Shown: one piece after another, positions 10,270 through 19,908 of the stretch
Numbering within the stretch: position 1 is the first letter of the stretch
Layout: the number at the start of each line of letters is the position of its first letter
Position numbers and translations under genes: made by a program
The notes under the pieces: model-generated
The model's database searches: none
What the model was told of the DNA's origin: nothing
Seen by the model: only the letters and a program-made list of their open reading frames with translations
NCBI GenBank assembly: GCA_017992605.1
Contig: JAGOOG010000006.1
Location: 55,276-119,275, forward strand
Length of the DNA: 64,000 nt
Reading direction: 5' to 3'
DNA from: Deltaproteobacteria bacterium
GTDB lineage: Bacteria > Desulfobacterota > Desulfomonilia > UBA1062

Positions 10270-10341
10270 CTCTGGATCTCCTTTCTTACCCACTCAGACG
10301 ATCCGGAGACGGCCTTTGTTTACATGCGGGGTTCGATGAAA

Positions 10342-11196
10342 TCACGTACCGTTGTTGAAGCAGGCCAGCGCGCTTCCCTCTTCCACGCCCACCTCGACGC
10401 TGATGACAGGACACTTGGCCACGAAGAGGTGGAATATGTCACGCGCCTCCTCGTGAAGGCTCTCGTAATTGCCTTGCCCCTTGGCTATGACGAGGTCGGC
10501 CTCGCGGAACATCTCCTTGAAGGCGTCGGAGCATATGGCGACCGGGGTGCCCGAGGCGGCCGATCCGCTGGAGACAACCCTGCACACGTCGATGAGGCCC
10601 GTACGCTCGGCATCCTCCATGGTCACGTCGTTGATGATGGGCTCACCCCTGACCACTGCGATGACCTTGTCCGGGCCGATCTCTTCGATGAACAATCGGT
10701 CGAAAACGATCTCGCCGGCATTGTCAAGGATGTAGAGGACTTCTCGAGCAGCTCGGACTTCCTCGCGCAGCCTCGCCCTGTGGTCTCTGGCGAAGGAGAC
10801 ATTCTGGAAGTGCTCCACCACCATGTCCATGTCCAGCCCGTCAGCTGCGTTTCTGCCGTAGTCGATCATGTTCCCGGCCAGGGCGATGCGGAGGGCCGTG
10901 TCGAAGGGATCAGGAGAAGCTGTGACCCGGCTCTTCAGACCGGGGTACATGGCAAGTGCCTTGGCATTCGAGATCTGCTTGACCCGGGCGAAGGGGTCGT
11001 CGATGCCCGTAATGCGCCTGAGCATGGCATACATGTCCCGGGCTGCCAGAGGGGGAACCTGGTCGTAGTTCAGGCTCGATGCCCATGCGAGGATCTCCCG
11101 CATGAAACGCTCACGCACCGCGCGATCAGCGGTCTGGGCGGAGATGTCAAAGCCATGCCTGATGAGGCAGGGTATGCATTCGAGGTGAAGGCGCAT
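10342..11196 (-). CDS. DUF89 (ARMT1-like damage-control phosphatase/methyltransferase) family protein
   Basis: N-terminal MRLHLECIPC motif and overall DUF89 architecture, 284 aa. Confidence 0.7.
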   Translation of the reverse strand: MRLHLECIPCLIRHGFDISAQTADRAVRERFMREILAWASSLNYDQVPPLAARDMYAMLRRITGIDDPFARVKQISNAKALAMYPGLKSRVTASPDPFDTALRIALAGNMIDYGRNAADGLDMDMVVEHFQNVSFARDHRARLREEVRAAREVLYILDNAGEIVFDRLFIEEIGPDKVIAVVRGEPIINDVTMEDAERTGLIDVCRVVSSGSAASGTPVAICSDAFKEMFREADLVIAKGQGNYESLHEEARDIFHLFVAKCPVISVEVGVEEGSALACFNNGT

Positions 11197-11207
11197 GGCG
11201 GTGCCTG

Positions 11208-12053
11208 TCAGAACATCTTCTCGATCTTCTCCACGATCCGCTGGAAGGCCATGCCTGCCGCGCAGCTCATGTCATAGAGCATGAAGGGCTTTCCCTCGTC
11301 CGTGTCCTTGACCACCTTCGGATCGATGGGCACGGCGCCGAGAAACGGCACCTTGAGGTCGATCGCTGCACGCTCGCCCCCGCCCACCTTGAAAAGGTCG
11401 ATGGCATGGCCGCAGTGGGGGCATGAGAAGCTGCTCATGTTCTCGATGATGCCCAGCATCTTGAGGTCGAGGGTCCTCGCGAACTCCACGCTCTTGCGCG
11501 AATCCAGCAGGGCGACGTCCTGGGGTGTCGTCACCACGAGTGCGTACGGCGTCATGCCGGCCTTGGCGTCCCGGATGAGCTGGGCGATGGAAAGGGGTTC
11601 GTCCCCTGTCCCCGGGGGCAGGTCCACGATGAGGAAGTCGAGCTCTCCCCAGGCCACGTTGGCGAGGAAATGGCGCATGATGGAATGTTTCATGGGTCCC
11701 CGCCATATGATCGGCTGATCCTGGTTCTCCAGCAGGTTGCCGACCGATACCACGCTCAGGTTCTTGTAGACCTCGATGGGGAGCATGTTGCCCCCGTCAT
11801 CACCACGAAGCGGCCTGCCCTCGACACCGAGGATCTTGGGTATGTTGGGCCCGTGGATGTCACCATCGAGGATTCCCACCGCATATCCCTGGCGGGCGAG
11901 ACCGGCGGCCAGGTTGGCTGCCACGGTGGACTTGCCGACACCCCCCTTGCCGCTCATGACCATGATGGTGTGCCTGATGCGGGATAGCCTCTCGCTGAGC
12001 TTCTGCTCTTCTTCCTGCTTTTCTTTCGCAGGGATTTTCTCTTTTATCTTCAT
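11208..12053 (-). CDS. mrp: Mrp/ApbC/NBP35 family Fe-S cluster carrier ATPase
   Basis: Deviant Walker [11 protein letters not shown] and C-terminal CPHCG Fe-S binding motif, 281 aa. Confidence 0.9.
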   Translation of the reverse strand: MKIKEKIPAKEKQEEEQKLSERLSRIRHTIMVMSGKGGVGKSTVAANLAAGLARQGYAVGILDGDIHGPNIPKILGVEGRPLRGDDGGNMLPIEVYKNLSVVSVGNLLENQDQPIIWRGPMKHSIMRHFLANVAWGELDFLIVDLPPGTGDEPLSIAQLIRDAKAGMTPYALVVTTPQDVALLDSRKSVEFARTLDLKMLGIIENMSSFSCPHCGHAIDLFKVGGGERAAIDLKVPFLGAVPIDPKVVKDTDEGKPFMLYDMSCAAGMAFQRIVEKIEKMF

Positions 12054-12129
12054 GTGCGGCCTCGCATGCGGTCTGTTCGTTCACTATGATGCCTAGCACA
12101 GAATCAGTATGACCACAAGCGGTGCGGCC

Positions 12130-13692
12130 TCATGGGGCGAGGTTCACCACCTTTGCCTCGGGTCTGATTCTGCCCGCTGCCGCATAGGCGTAATCCCTCA
12201 CGTACCATGCAGGGTCCTCGCGCATGACCCTCCGCAGAACCTCCAGTGAGCGGGGCGTTCCCACCCTTCCCAGGGCCCAGCATGCCTTGGTCCGCACGTT
12301 CAGCTGAGGATCTGTGGTGCATGCGGCCACGGCGTCCAGCAGGGACCCGTCGCGGCGCTCGCCCGCCTCTATGAGGGCGTTGATGCGTATCCTCGCACTG
12401 GGATCATTCATCAAGACCGCCAGGGTCTCCGTGGACAGGGCCCCCGGATAGGTGACGACGGCGAGGTAACGCTCCTTCTCTTCCGTTGAGCCTGCATAGT
12501 CCACGATCCTGTCCGGACCATGCCGGAGCAGATACTGCAGGTATGCCCCGTGAAAGGCCGGGGCAAAGAGCGCCAGGTAGGCGATGACCGCCACCAAGGC
12601 TGCGGCTGCGCTTTTTGCGGCCATGCGTTCCAGACCAATGGCGAGCCAGGCCAGGAGCAGGGCGGTCATGAACAGCATGGGTCCGGAATAGAAGAAGATG
12701 CCGAGGCCGCCGCGCATGAGGCGGTTGGAGTCAAACCGTGACCCGAACTGCTCGAAGACCCTGTTCTCATGGTTCGCCGGTCTGTCGTCGGGCAGCCTCA
12801 CCGAGTCACAGGAGAGCTCTTCCCTGGCCAGGACCACCCTGGCGCCTTTCACCCTGCAGGGGTCCTGGGTGCGCACCCACAGGGTGCCGTGGGGTATGTG
12901 GCCGACCCTGTCTATCTCCCGGGACAGCGCGATCACGTTCTGGGACCGTGCCGCTATGGGCTTGATGACATCCGCGGCCAGGAGGGTGTGCTCGTAGTAG
13001 AAGTCACTGATGTCGCGGATGACGGGCAGGGTTACCATGGCATCGCGCGCATTGAGAAAGGATGATCCCGGCAGCAGGGTCAGGGCCAGGGGCGAGACGA
13101 GCGCCACCGCGAAAATGGCCCACCTTCCCCACCGGACGCTCCTGCCCGCCCCGGTCCTGAGCACGAGGGCCCAGGGCAGGACGAAGAACACCGGGCAGAG
13201 AAGGCCTGCCGCGAGCGACACCACCGGCAGTTCCCTGCCGAAGCTGAAACAGGTGCAGGCGATGCCGCCGCAGAGCATGGCGATCCAGTCGAACAGGATG
13301 ATGCGGCCCGACAGCCAGGCAGGCAATGTCACGACCATGCAGATGAGGCCGCCCAGCACACCAAGGGTCATCCCGAAGAACAGGGCGCTCGAAAGCTGGT
13401 GTCCGATCCCTACCAGATGGACGTCCCCCGGCGTTATGAGAGGGGTCATGCCGGAGGCTGCCATGAGGGTCATCTCATCGGAGATCAGGCGGGCGTGAAG
13501 CCTGACAAAGAAGAATCCGAAGACGGTGTAGACCAGTATGCATGCGCAGTTCCCTGCAAACGATGCGAGGAACCAACGGGGGATGTCTCGGGGCCTGCCG
13601 GATGGTCTCAGGTATATGCCCGTGCCGGGGGCCGGAGGCTCGCAACCCTCTTGGAGTTCACGACCCGCCACGAGTCCCCCCTGATCAGCCAA
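12130..13692 (-). CDS. polytopic membrane protein with C-terminal HEAT/PBS-lyase-like repeats
   Basis: Multiple hydrophobic helices in the N-terminal two thirds. The C-terminus has HEAT-like repeats (PSARIRINALIEAG..., DPQLNVRTKACWALGRVG..., DPAWYVRDYAYAAAGRI). Start codon uncertain. Confidence 0.5.
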   Translation of the reverse strand: MADQGGLVAGRELQEGCEPPAPGTGIYLRPSGRPRDIPRWFLASFAGNCACILVYTVFGFFFVRLHARLISDEMTLMAASGMTPLITPGDVHLVGIGHQLSSALFFGMTLGVLGGLICMVVTLPAWLSGRIILFDWIAMLCGGIACTCFSFGRELPVVSLAAGLLCPVFFVLPWALVLRTGAGRSVRWGRWAIFAVALVSPLALTLLPGSSFLNARDAMVTLPVIRDISDFYYEHTLLAADVIKPIAARSQNVIALSREIDRVGHIPHGTLWVRTQDPCRVKGARVVLAREELSCDSVRLPDDRPANHENRVFEQFGSRFDSNRLMRGGLGIFFYSGPMLFMTALLLAWLAIGLERMAAKSAAAALVAVIAYLALFAPAFHGAYLQYLLRHGPDRIVDYAGSTEEKERYLAVVTYPGALSTETLAVLMNDPSARIRINALIEAGERRDGSLLDAVAACTTDPQLNVRTKACWALGRVGTPRSLEVLRRVMREDPAWYVRDYAYAAAGRIRPEAKVVNLAP

Positions 13693-14185
13693 TGGATGAT
13701 GCGCCGGTTTTCTTGTAGGTGTTCAGCAGGCCGGAGATCTCTTCTATGGACTTGACGCTCTTCCTCCCCCGTACCGCCTCCACGTCGGACCGCGATGTCC
13801 ATATGTTCTTGAAGTTCTTCGAATGCTTGGTGAATGCGATGAAATTCGCAATGGCGTCGTCGCACACGTGGGTGAACCTACGGTTGTCCAGGCATGCAAT
13901 ATCCCTGATCCTTTCCACCAGGTTCCTGTCGAGCCGCATCACGTAGCGGACACGCTTCTCCGATGTGTCGTTCCTCGGACCGACGTACCTCTTTCTCTGG
14001 CGCTGGGGGATGGTCCCGCCGAGTTCGCTCTCCTTCTTGAATATATATGCCTCCAGGGCCGCTCCCACGAAATCGACCATGGCGATGTTCAGCATGCGGG
14101 AGATCACCCTGAGCTCGCTCAGGTTGTTCGGCCTGAAATACATCATGAACCGTGACGGCATCTTTCCTTCTGGTACGCGAATCAA
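13685..14185 (-). CDS. hypothetical protein
   Basis: 166-aa ORF overlapping the downstream membrane/HEAT gene by 8 nt, which suggests co-transcription. No recognisable motif. Start may be the internal Met (MPSRF...). Confidence 0.4.
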   Translation of the reverse strand: MIRVPEGKMPSRFMMYFRPNNLSELRVISRMLNIAMVDFVGAALEAYIFKKESELGGTIPQRQRKRYVGPRNDTSEKRVRYVMRLDRNLVERIRDIACLDNRRFTHVCDDAIANFIAFTKHSKNFKNIWTSRSDVEAVRGRKSVKSIEEISGLLNTYKKTGASSIG

Positions 14186-14291
14186 CGATGCACCTCCTAG
14201 CTGTATGCGGCCGCACGGCTCTCCCGCGGCCAGTGTCGGGCTCCGGCAGTACCGACAAGGTCCGTCCCGTGTATGGCCCGGTCGAACCTGA

Positions 14292-14849
14292 TCAGACCTC
14301 CATGATCTCCTTTTCCTTGGCGGCGAGCAGCTCGTCGATCTGCTTGATGGATCCGTCCGTCAGCTCCTGGACCTTGTCCTGGGCGACCTTCAGCTCGTCC
14401 TTGTTGATTTCCTTTTCCTTCTCGAGATCCTTCAGCAGTGCATTGGCATCCCTGCGGTGATTGCGGACCTCGATGCGGTAGTCCTCGGCATTCTTCTTGA
14501 CCATCTTCACGAGGTCCCGCCTGCGCTCCTCGTTCAGCGGCGGAATGGGAATACGGATGATCCTGCCGTCGTTGTTGGGTGTGAGCCCGAGTTCGGACTT
14601 CAGGATCGCCTTTTCGATGGGTGACAGGGCACCCTTGTCCCACGGCTGAATGGTGATGAGCCTTGCCTCGGGAACCGCCAGGGAGGCCAGCTGGTTCAGC
14701 GGTGTGAGCGTGCCGTAATAATCCACCATGATGCCGTCCAGGATGCCTATGGACGCACGGCCCGTGCGCACCTTCTGCTGCGAGGCCTTCATGGCCTCGA
14801 TGGTCTTGTTCATATCGCGCTTCATATCGTTGATGATCTCGTCAACCAT
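14292..14849 (-). CDS. frr: ribosome recycling factor
   Basis: 185 aa, typical RRF sequence (VRTGRASIGILDGIMVDYYG...). Confidence 0.95.
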   Translation of the reverse strand: MVDEIINDMKRDMNKTIEAMKASQQKVRTGRASIGILDGIMVDYYGTLTPLNQLASLAVPEARLITIQPWDKGALSPIEKAILKSELGLTPNNDGRIIRIPIPPLNEERRRDLVKMVKKNAEDYRIEVRNHRRDANALLKDLEKEKEINKDELKVAQDKVQELTDGSIKQIDELLAAKEKEIMEV

Positions 14850-15564
14850 TCCGAGTCCTCCTCACTCTGACGACGGATCCGACCGCTTCGCCATCAAGCA
14901 GCCGCGAGAGTCCATCCTGCTCGAATATGTTGATCACCCTCACCTCGAGATCGTTGTCACGGCACAGGGACACGGCCGTTGCATCCATGACCCCGAGGTT
15001 CAACCCGAGCACGGTGTCGAAGTCGAGCTCCGCGAAGAACCGTGCATCCTCGTGTTTTACCGGGTCCTTGTCGTAGACGCCGTTCACCTTGGTGGCCTTT
15101 ATGAGGACATCCGCTCTGATCTCCAGTGCCCTCAGGGCGGCGTTCGTGTCGGTGGTGAAGAACGGGTTGCCCGTACCGCCCGCAAAAATGACGACCACGC
15201 CTTCTTCGAGGTATCGCACGGCCTGGTGGGTTGCCATGGGCTCGGCAACGCCCGTCATGGGGATGGCGCTCATGACCCGGCACGCCACACCCTGGTTCAC
15301 GAGCGCTCCTCTGAAGGCCAGTGCGTTCATGACCGTGGCCAGCATGCCCATATGGTCGGCGCTCACCCGGTCGATGACGCTCGATGCGCCGACGCCCCTG
15401 AAGAAGTTGCCGCCGCCGATGACGAGCCCGACCTGGATGCCGCGGGCAGCCGCTGCCTTCACCGGGACGACGAAGCGCTGAAGCGTCGCCTCGTCGATAC
15501 CGTTACCGCTGCCCCCTGACAGGGCCTCGCCGCTCAGCTTGAGAAGTATGCGCCGATAGAGCAA
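14842..15564 (-). CDS. pyrH: UMP kinase
   Basis: MLYRRILLKLSGEAL... amino-acid kinase fold, 240 aa, inside the rpsB-tsf-pyrH-frr synteny. Confidence 0.95.
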   Translation of the reverse strand: MLYRRILLKLSGEALSGGSGNGIDEATLQRFVVPVKAAAARGIQVGLVIGGGNFFRGVGASSVIDRVSADHMGMLATVMNALAFRGALVNQGVACRVMSAIPMTGVAEPMATHQAVRYLEEGVVVIFAGGTGNPFFTTDTNAALRALEIRADVLIKATKVNGVYDKDPVKHEDARFFAELDFDTVLGLNLGVMDATAVSLCRDNDLEVRVINIFEQDGLSRLLDGEAVGSVVRVRRTRNG

Positions 15565-15573
15565 GAACGACCC

Positions 15574-16173
15574 CTAGAGCTCTTCTCCCACCTGGTAACG
15601 TGCAAACCTTCTGATCAGGCATTTCTCTCCGGTCTTAGCCATGAGCTCATCCAGGAGCTGCTTGATGGTCTTGTCCTGGTCCTTCACGAAGTGCTGGTCC
15701 ATGAGGCAGCGCTCGGAGTAGAACTTGCCGAGCTTGCCCTCCACGATCTTGTCGAGGACCTTCTCGGGCTTGCCTGTCTTGAGGGCCTGCTCCTTGAGGA
15801 TCTCCTTCTCCTTGCTGAGGACATGCTCGGGGACCTCGTCACGGGTGACCCAGTCCGGGCTTGCAGCCGCTATCTGCATGGCCACGTCCTTGACGAAGTT
15901 GTTGAAATCGTCGGACTTGGCTACGAAATCGCTCTCGCAGTTCACCTCGAGGAGCACGCCGATCTTCCCGCCCATGTGTATGTACGATGCCACAGTTCCC
16001 TGGCTGGCCGCCCTCCCTGATCGCTTGTTGGCGACCTCTATGCCTTTCTTTCTGAGGATCTCGACCGCCTTGTCGAAGTCCCCGCCCGTCTCTTCCAGGG
16101 CCTTCTTGCAGTCCATCATGCCTACACCGGTCTTGTCCCTGAGTTTCTTGACTGTTTCAGATGTTATCTGCAC
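15574..16173 (-). CDS. tsf: translation elongation factor Ts
   Basis: N-terminal UBA-like LRDKTGVGMMDCKKAL signature of EF-Ts, 199 aa. Confidence 0.95.
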   Translation of the reverse strand: MQITSETVKKLRDKTGVGMMDCKKALEETGGDFDKAVEILRKKGIEVANKRSGRAASQGTVASYIHMGGKIGVLLEVNCESDFVAKSDDFNNFVKDVAMQIAAASPDWVTRDEVPEHVLSKEKEILKEQALKTGKPEKVLDKIVEGKLGKFYSERCLMDQHFVKDQDKTIKQLLDELMAKTGEKCLIRRFARYQVGEEL

Positions 16174-16205
16174 GACTCCCTCCGTTGCATGAACTATGCG
16201 TGGTC

Positions 16206-17081
16206 TTATTCTCCCGCGTTGTTGCCGGCGGCCTCGTCGGCAGCATCGCCCTGATCGGCAGGCGTGCTGTCCTTGACGATGATCTCGATCTCACCCTCGA
16301 GACCCTTTCCCATGGTCTCGCCCCTGGGGGCCTTGCCCTTCGGCTGTCCCGCATCCACGGCCGCCGCCTCCTTCACCTCGGTGGCAAGCTTTTCCTGCCA
16401 GATCTGGCTGCCCTGGTCCACCGCATCGGCAACCTTGGAGGTGAAGAGCCTGATAGCCCTGATGGCGTCGTCGTTGCCCGGGATGACATAATCGATGAGC
16501 GTCGGGTCACAGTTCGTGTCGACGATGGCGACAATGGGTATCCTGAGCTTCTTCGCCTCCTGGACAGCGATGTACTCGCGTGACGGGTCAACGATATACA
16601 GGACGTTGGGGAGGCCGTTCATGTCCTTGATGCCGTGCAGGGAGCGCTCGAGCTTCATCTTGTGGCGCTTCATGCTGATCTGTTCCTTCTTGGGGTAGTT
16701 CTCGATGGTGCTGTTGTCGATGATCGACTCGAGCCACTTGAGCTTGTCCACGCTCTTGCGGATGGTCGAGAAGTTGGTCAGCGTGCCGCCGAGCCAGCGG
16801 AAATTCACGTAGAACGCCCCGACACGGCCCGCTTCTTCCTCTATGGCATCCTGGGCCTGCTTCTTTGTCCCTACGAAAAGCACCTTGCCGCCGTTGGCAG
16901 CGGTTTCGCGGATGACATCGCAGGCCTTTTCGAAGAGCTTTTCGGTCTTCTGCAGGTCTATGATATGGATGCCGTTGCGGGAACCGAAAATGTAGGGTTT
17001 CATCTTGGGATTCCACCTCGGTGTCTGGTGACCGAAATGGACCCCGGCCTCGAGAAGCTGCTTCATGGTGACGACTGACAT
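16206..17081 (-). CDS. rpsB: 30S ribosomal protein S2
   Basis: [27 protein letters not shown]... canonical S2 N-terminus, with an acidic C-terminal extension. Confidence 0.95.
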   Translation of the reverse strand: MSVVTMKQLLEAGVHFGHQTPRWNPKMKPYIFGSRNGIHIIDLQKTEKLFEKACDVIRETAANGGKVLFVGTKKQAQDAIEEEAGRVGAFYVNFRWLGGTLTNFSTIRKSVDKLKWLESIIDNSTIENYPKKEQISMKRHKMKLERSLHGIKDMNGLPNVLYIVDPSREYIAVQEAKKLRIPIVAIVDTNCDPTLIDYVIPGNDDAIRAIRLFTSKVADAVDQGSQIWQEKLATEVKEAAAVDAGQPKGKAPRGETMGKGLEGEIEIIVKDSTPADQGDAADEAAGNNAGE

Positions 17082-17265
17082 GTACTACCTCCTTGGTTTT
17101 TCCTCCGTCCTGCGGTCCCGATCCCTGCACAACAGGGACACCTGCGGTCCCGTCATGGTACCGGACGTGTGTGCTGGTTGAGCGGTTTACCATACCATTG
17201 TCTCTGTTTCAAGGGATTAAATGCTGTAACTTGTGACATGGAGGTGAAATACTCTGCGGCATCGT

Positions 17266-17311
17266 CCCGCACCATGCATCACGGTCATTCTTCCGGGATG
17301 CATGGTGCGGG
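17266..17311. repeat. perfect 15-bp inverted repeat (CCCGCACCATGCATC / GATGCATGGTGCGGG) with 16-nt spacer
   Basis: Read directly from the sequence. It lies between the isochorismatase-family stop (17326) and the rpsB start (17081). No U-tract follows on the minus strand. Confidence 0.8.
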
Positions 17312-17325
17312 AAGGGCAGGAAATC

Positions 17326-17880
17326 TCATTTAAAGAGCGGGGAAAGAGCCTTGAATTCAGGCGTTCCAGCCTTCTCCATGAGCATGAAGGCGATCGTTTC
17401 GGTGGGGTAGACCAGGACGCCGAGCCGTGCCATGGCGTCCAAGGCCGCGGCCCGGTCGTGGGAACGGCGGGAGCACACCGCGTCGGAGGCTATGACCGAC
17501 CGGTATCCGGCATCCACCAGGTCCAGTGCGGTCTGCATGACGCACACGTGCGCCTCGATGCCGATGAGCACCGCCGTCCTCCTGCCGGTCTCCTCGAAGG
17601 CATTCCGGATAGCCTCATCGCGCAGGCAGCTGAACGAAAGCTTCTCCATGCGGGGGATGCCCTCGATGCGGGAGGCAACCTCTTCGATGGTCTTCCCGAG
17701 GCCCCTCGGATACTGCTCTGACACGATGAGCGGCATGCCCAGGACCCTGGTGCTCTCGACGAGGATGACGCCGTTCTTCACGTATGCATCCCTGTGTGCC
17801 TCTTCCATGGCTGCGTGGAGCCGCTCCTGGATGTCCACGACCATCAGAAGGCATTCGTCCCTGTTCAGGAAAGCGCTCAT
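17326..17880 (-). CDS. isochorismatase-family cysteine hydrolase
   Basis: 184 aa. Has the catalytic Cys region (EAHVCVMQTALD) and overall isochorismatase-like pattern. Confidence 0.8.
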   Translation of the reverse strand: MSAFLNRDECLLMVVDIQERLHAAMEEAHRDAYVKNGVILVESTRVLGMPLIVSEQYPRGLGKTIEEVASRIEGIPRMEKLSFSCLRDEAIRNAFEETGRRTAVLIGIEAHVCVMQTALDLVDAGYRSVIASDAVCSRRSHDRAAALDAMARLGVLVYPTETIAFMLMEKAGTPEFKALSPLFK

Positions 17881-17894
17881 CTTCGTCCCTCCCT

Positions 17895-18572
17895 CTACCT
17901 GAAAATCAACGGATAGACAGCGGCGTAGACCAGGGCCGGGATCAGGTTGCCGACCCGGATGGAGGTCAGCCCGAGCAGGTTGATGCCTATGCCCAGGATG
18001 ATCATGCCGCCCATGGTTGTGATGGAGCTCAATACGGCAGGCTCCTGGAGAAACGCGAGGTGGGTGGCCAGCACCGTCATGGAACCCTGGACCACGAACA
18101 CGCTCACGGCAGAGAAGATGACGCCGATGCCCAGGGTGGAGGCCAGGGCGATGGAGGCCACACCGTCGAGCAGCGATTTCAGAAAGAGCGTGTCCGGGTT
18201 GCCTGCAGTACCGTCCTGGATGCAGCCGATTATGGTCATGGCCCCGGTGATGTACAGCAGGGTGGCGCTGACGAACCCCTGGACAAAGGTGGATGACCCC
18301 GAATCGAAACGTTCCTTCAGATATTCACCGATGCGCTCCACACCACGTTCGATCCGCAGGAGTTCACCGGTGAGTGCGCCGAGGAGGAGGCATGCCACCG
18401 AGGGGATGAGGTTCTCCCCGGACAGGGCCATCTTCAGTGCGATGACGGTCACCGCAAGCCCTAAGGCCTGCATGATGATCTGCTTCAACCCCTCTTTGAT
18501 ATGTCTGCCCGCCGAGACCCCTATCATGGACCCGACGACCACGGCGACCGTGTTGGCAACGGTCCCTATCAC
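17895..18572 (-). CDS. DUF554 family inner membrane protein (YdfK/YqgA-like)
   Basis: 225 aa, Gly/Ala-rich polytopic membrane protein with the typical DUF554 N-terminus MIGTVANTVAVVVGSMIG. Confidence 0.7.
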   Translation of the reverse strand: MIGTVANTVAVVVGSMIGVSAGRHIKEGLKQIIMQALGLAVTVIALKMALSGENLIPSVACLLLGALTGELLRIERGVERIGEYLKERFDSGSSTFVQGFVSATLLYITGAMTIIGCIQDGTAGNPDTLFLKSLLDGVASIALASTLGIGVIFSAVSVFVVQGSMTVLATHLAFLQEPAVLSSITTMGGMIILGIGINLLGLTSIRVGNLIPALVYAAVYPLIFR

Positions 18573-18782
18573 GGAAGCCCCCCGTATCCGGGACGGAAAA
18601 TATCGTTCATAGAGGAATCAACTACCGGATGCCCATGGCCTGGTCAATGGGAAAGAGATACGGGAACCCGTTGCTCCCCATCAGGAACAATACCCATATC
18701 ATCGAGAAAAGACTTATGCTTTCGGGAAAAAATGACGAACATACTATGCAATGCGCTGATGTAACCGGAAGGCATGTGAGCG

Positions 18783-19901
18783 ATGTGGCATATCATACCC
18801 CATGACGACCATAACCAGTCGCTGAGGATCAAGAGGTTCCTCATAGCCTGTGCTTCCTACCTTATGTGGATTCTCCTCATCTGGTACTGCTCCATCCAGG
18901 GTATGATCAGGCTGGGTCCCAAGGAGATACTCCTCGTCTTCGCCATGGTTCTTGTCATGAACCTGGTGCTCTATGCCATCTTCCGCACCGGCCTGAACAG
19001 GCGGCTGAAGGACCCGAGCTTGACCATGGTGCAGATGAGCCTCGCCACGGCCTGGATCATGATCGTGGCATACAACCTCAACGAGGCACGGGGGATCATG
19101 CTTCAGCTCTATCTGGTGGTCTTCATCTTCGGGGCGTTCCGCCTCAACCTGCGCCAGTTCATCATGCTCTCGATCCTCGCCGCCCTGAGCTACGGTCTCG
19201 TCATCCTGTCCCTGCTCGAGAACCACCCGGAGACGGTCAACTTCAAGGTCGAGCTTCTTTACCTGGTGATACTGACCGCGGTGCTCTTCTGGTTCTCGTT
19301 CGTCGGGAGCTACATAAACACGCTGCGAGAGAAACTGAGCAGGGCCAACTCCGAGCTGAATCACGCCGTGGAGATCATCAGGCAGAAGGCCATCCGTGAC
19401 GACCTCACCGACGTGTACACGAGAGGGTACCTCTTCCAGATCCTGGCCCGCGAGAAGTCCCTGGCCGACAGGGAGGGCCTGATATTCTCGGTGTGCATCT
19501 TCGACCTGGACGATTTCAAGAAGGTCAACGACAGCTTCGGCCATCATGTCGGGGACATGGTGCTGAAAACGCTCTCTGGCATCATCCGCGACAACATCCG
19601 CCAGCAGGATTATATCGCGCGGTATGGCGGGGAAGAGTTCGTGCTTGTCCTTGCCTACCCTGACATGCACGACGCGCTCGCATGCGTGGAGAGGATCCGG
19701 ACCCTCATATCCGAGGCTTCCTTCCCGGGTCTGCCCGGGGACTACCCGGTCACCGTGTCCATGGGTCTCACACGCTACCAGCCCGAAGAAACCATCGACT
19801 CGCTGCTCATCAGGGCCGACGATGCACTGTACCGGGCAAAAAGGTCCGGCAAGAACGCAACGGCCTGCGAACCCTCCTCTCTCCTCCAGCCTGCCGCTTG
19901 A
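18783..19901 (+). CDS. membrane-anchored diguanylate cyclase (GGDEF domain)
   Basis: Six predicted TM helices, then the GGDEF domain with RYGGEEF active-site motif and DxLT/DDFK elements. Confidence 0.9.
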   Translation: MWHIIPHDDHNQSLRIKRFLIACASYLMWILLIWYCSIQGMIRLGPKEILLVFAMVLVMNLVLYAIFRTGLNRRLKDPSLTMVQMSLATAWIMIVAYNLNEARGIMLQLYLVVFIFGAFRLNLRQFIMLSILAALSYGLVILSLLENHPETVNFKVELLYLVILTAVLFWFSFVGSYINTLREKLSRANSELNHAVEIIRQKAIRDDLTDVYTRGYLFQILAREKSLADREGLIFSVCIFDLDDFKKVNDSFGHHVGDMVLKTLSGIIRDNIRQQDYIARYGGEEFVLVLAYPDMHDALACVERIRTLISEASFPGLPGDYPVTVSMGLTRYQPEETIDSLLIRADDALYRAKRSGKNATACEPSSLLQPAA

Positions 19902-19908
19902 GTATTCC

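Noticed and set aside
9481-11277. 598-aa plus-strand ORF spanning the secreted protein, DUF89 and mrp genes
   Set aside because: It is antisense to three well-supported minus-strand genes. The composition is biased (Pro/Arg/His/Val-rich) as expected from a high-GC antisense frame, there is no RBS, and it has no recognisable domains.
14186-14291. GGCCGC/GCGGCC palindromic segment downstream of frr as a terminator
   Set aside because: The stem is short and imperfect, and no U-tract follows on the transcribed strand.
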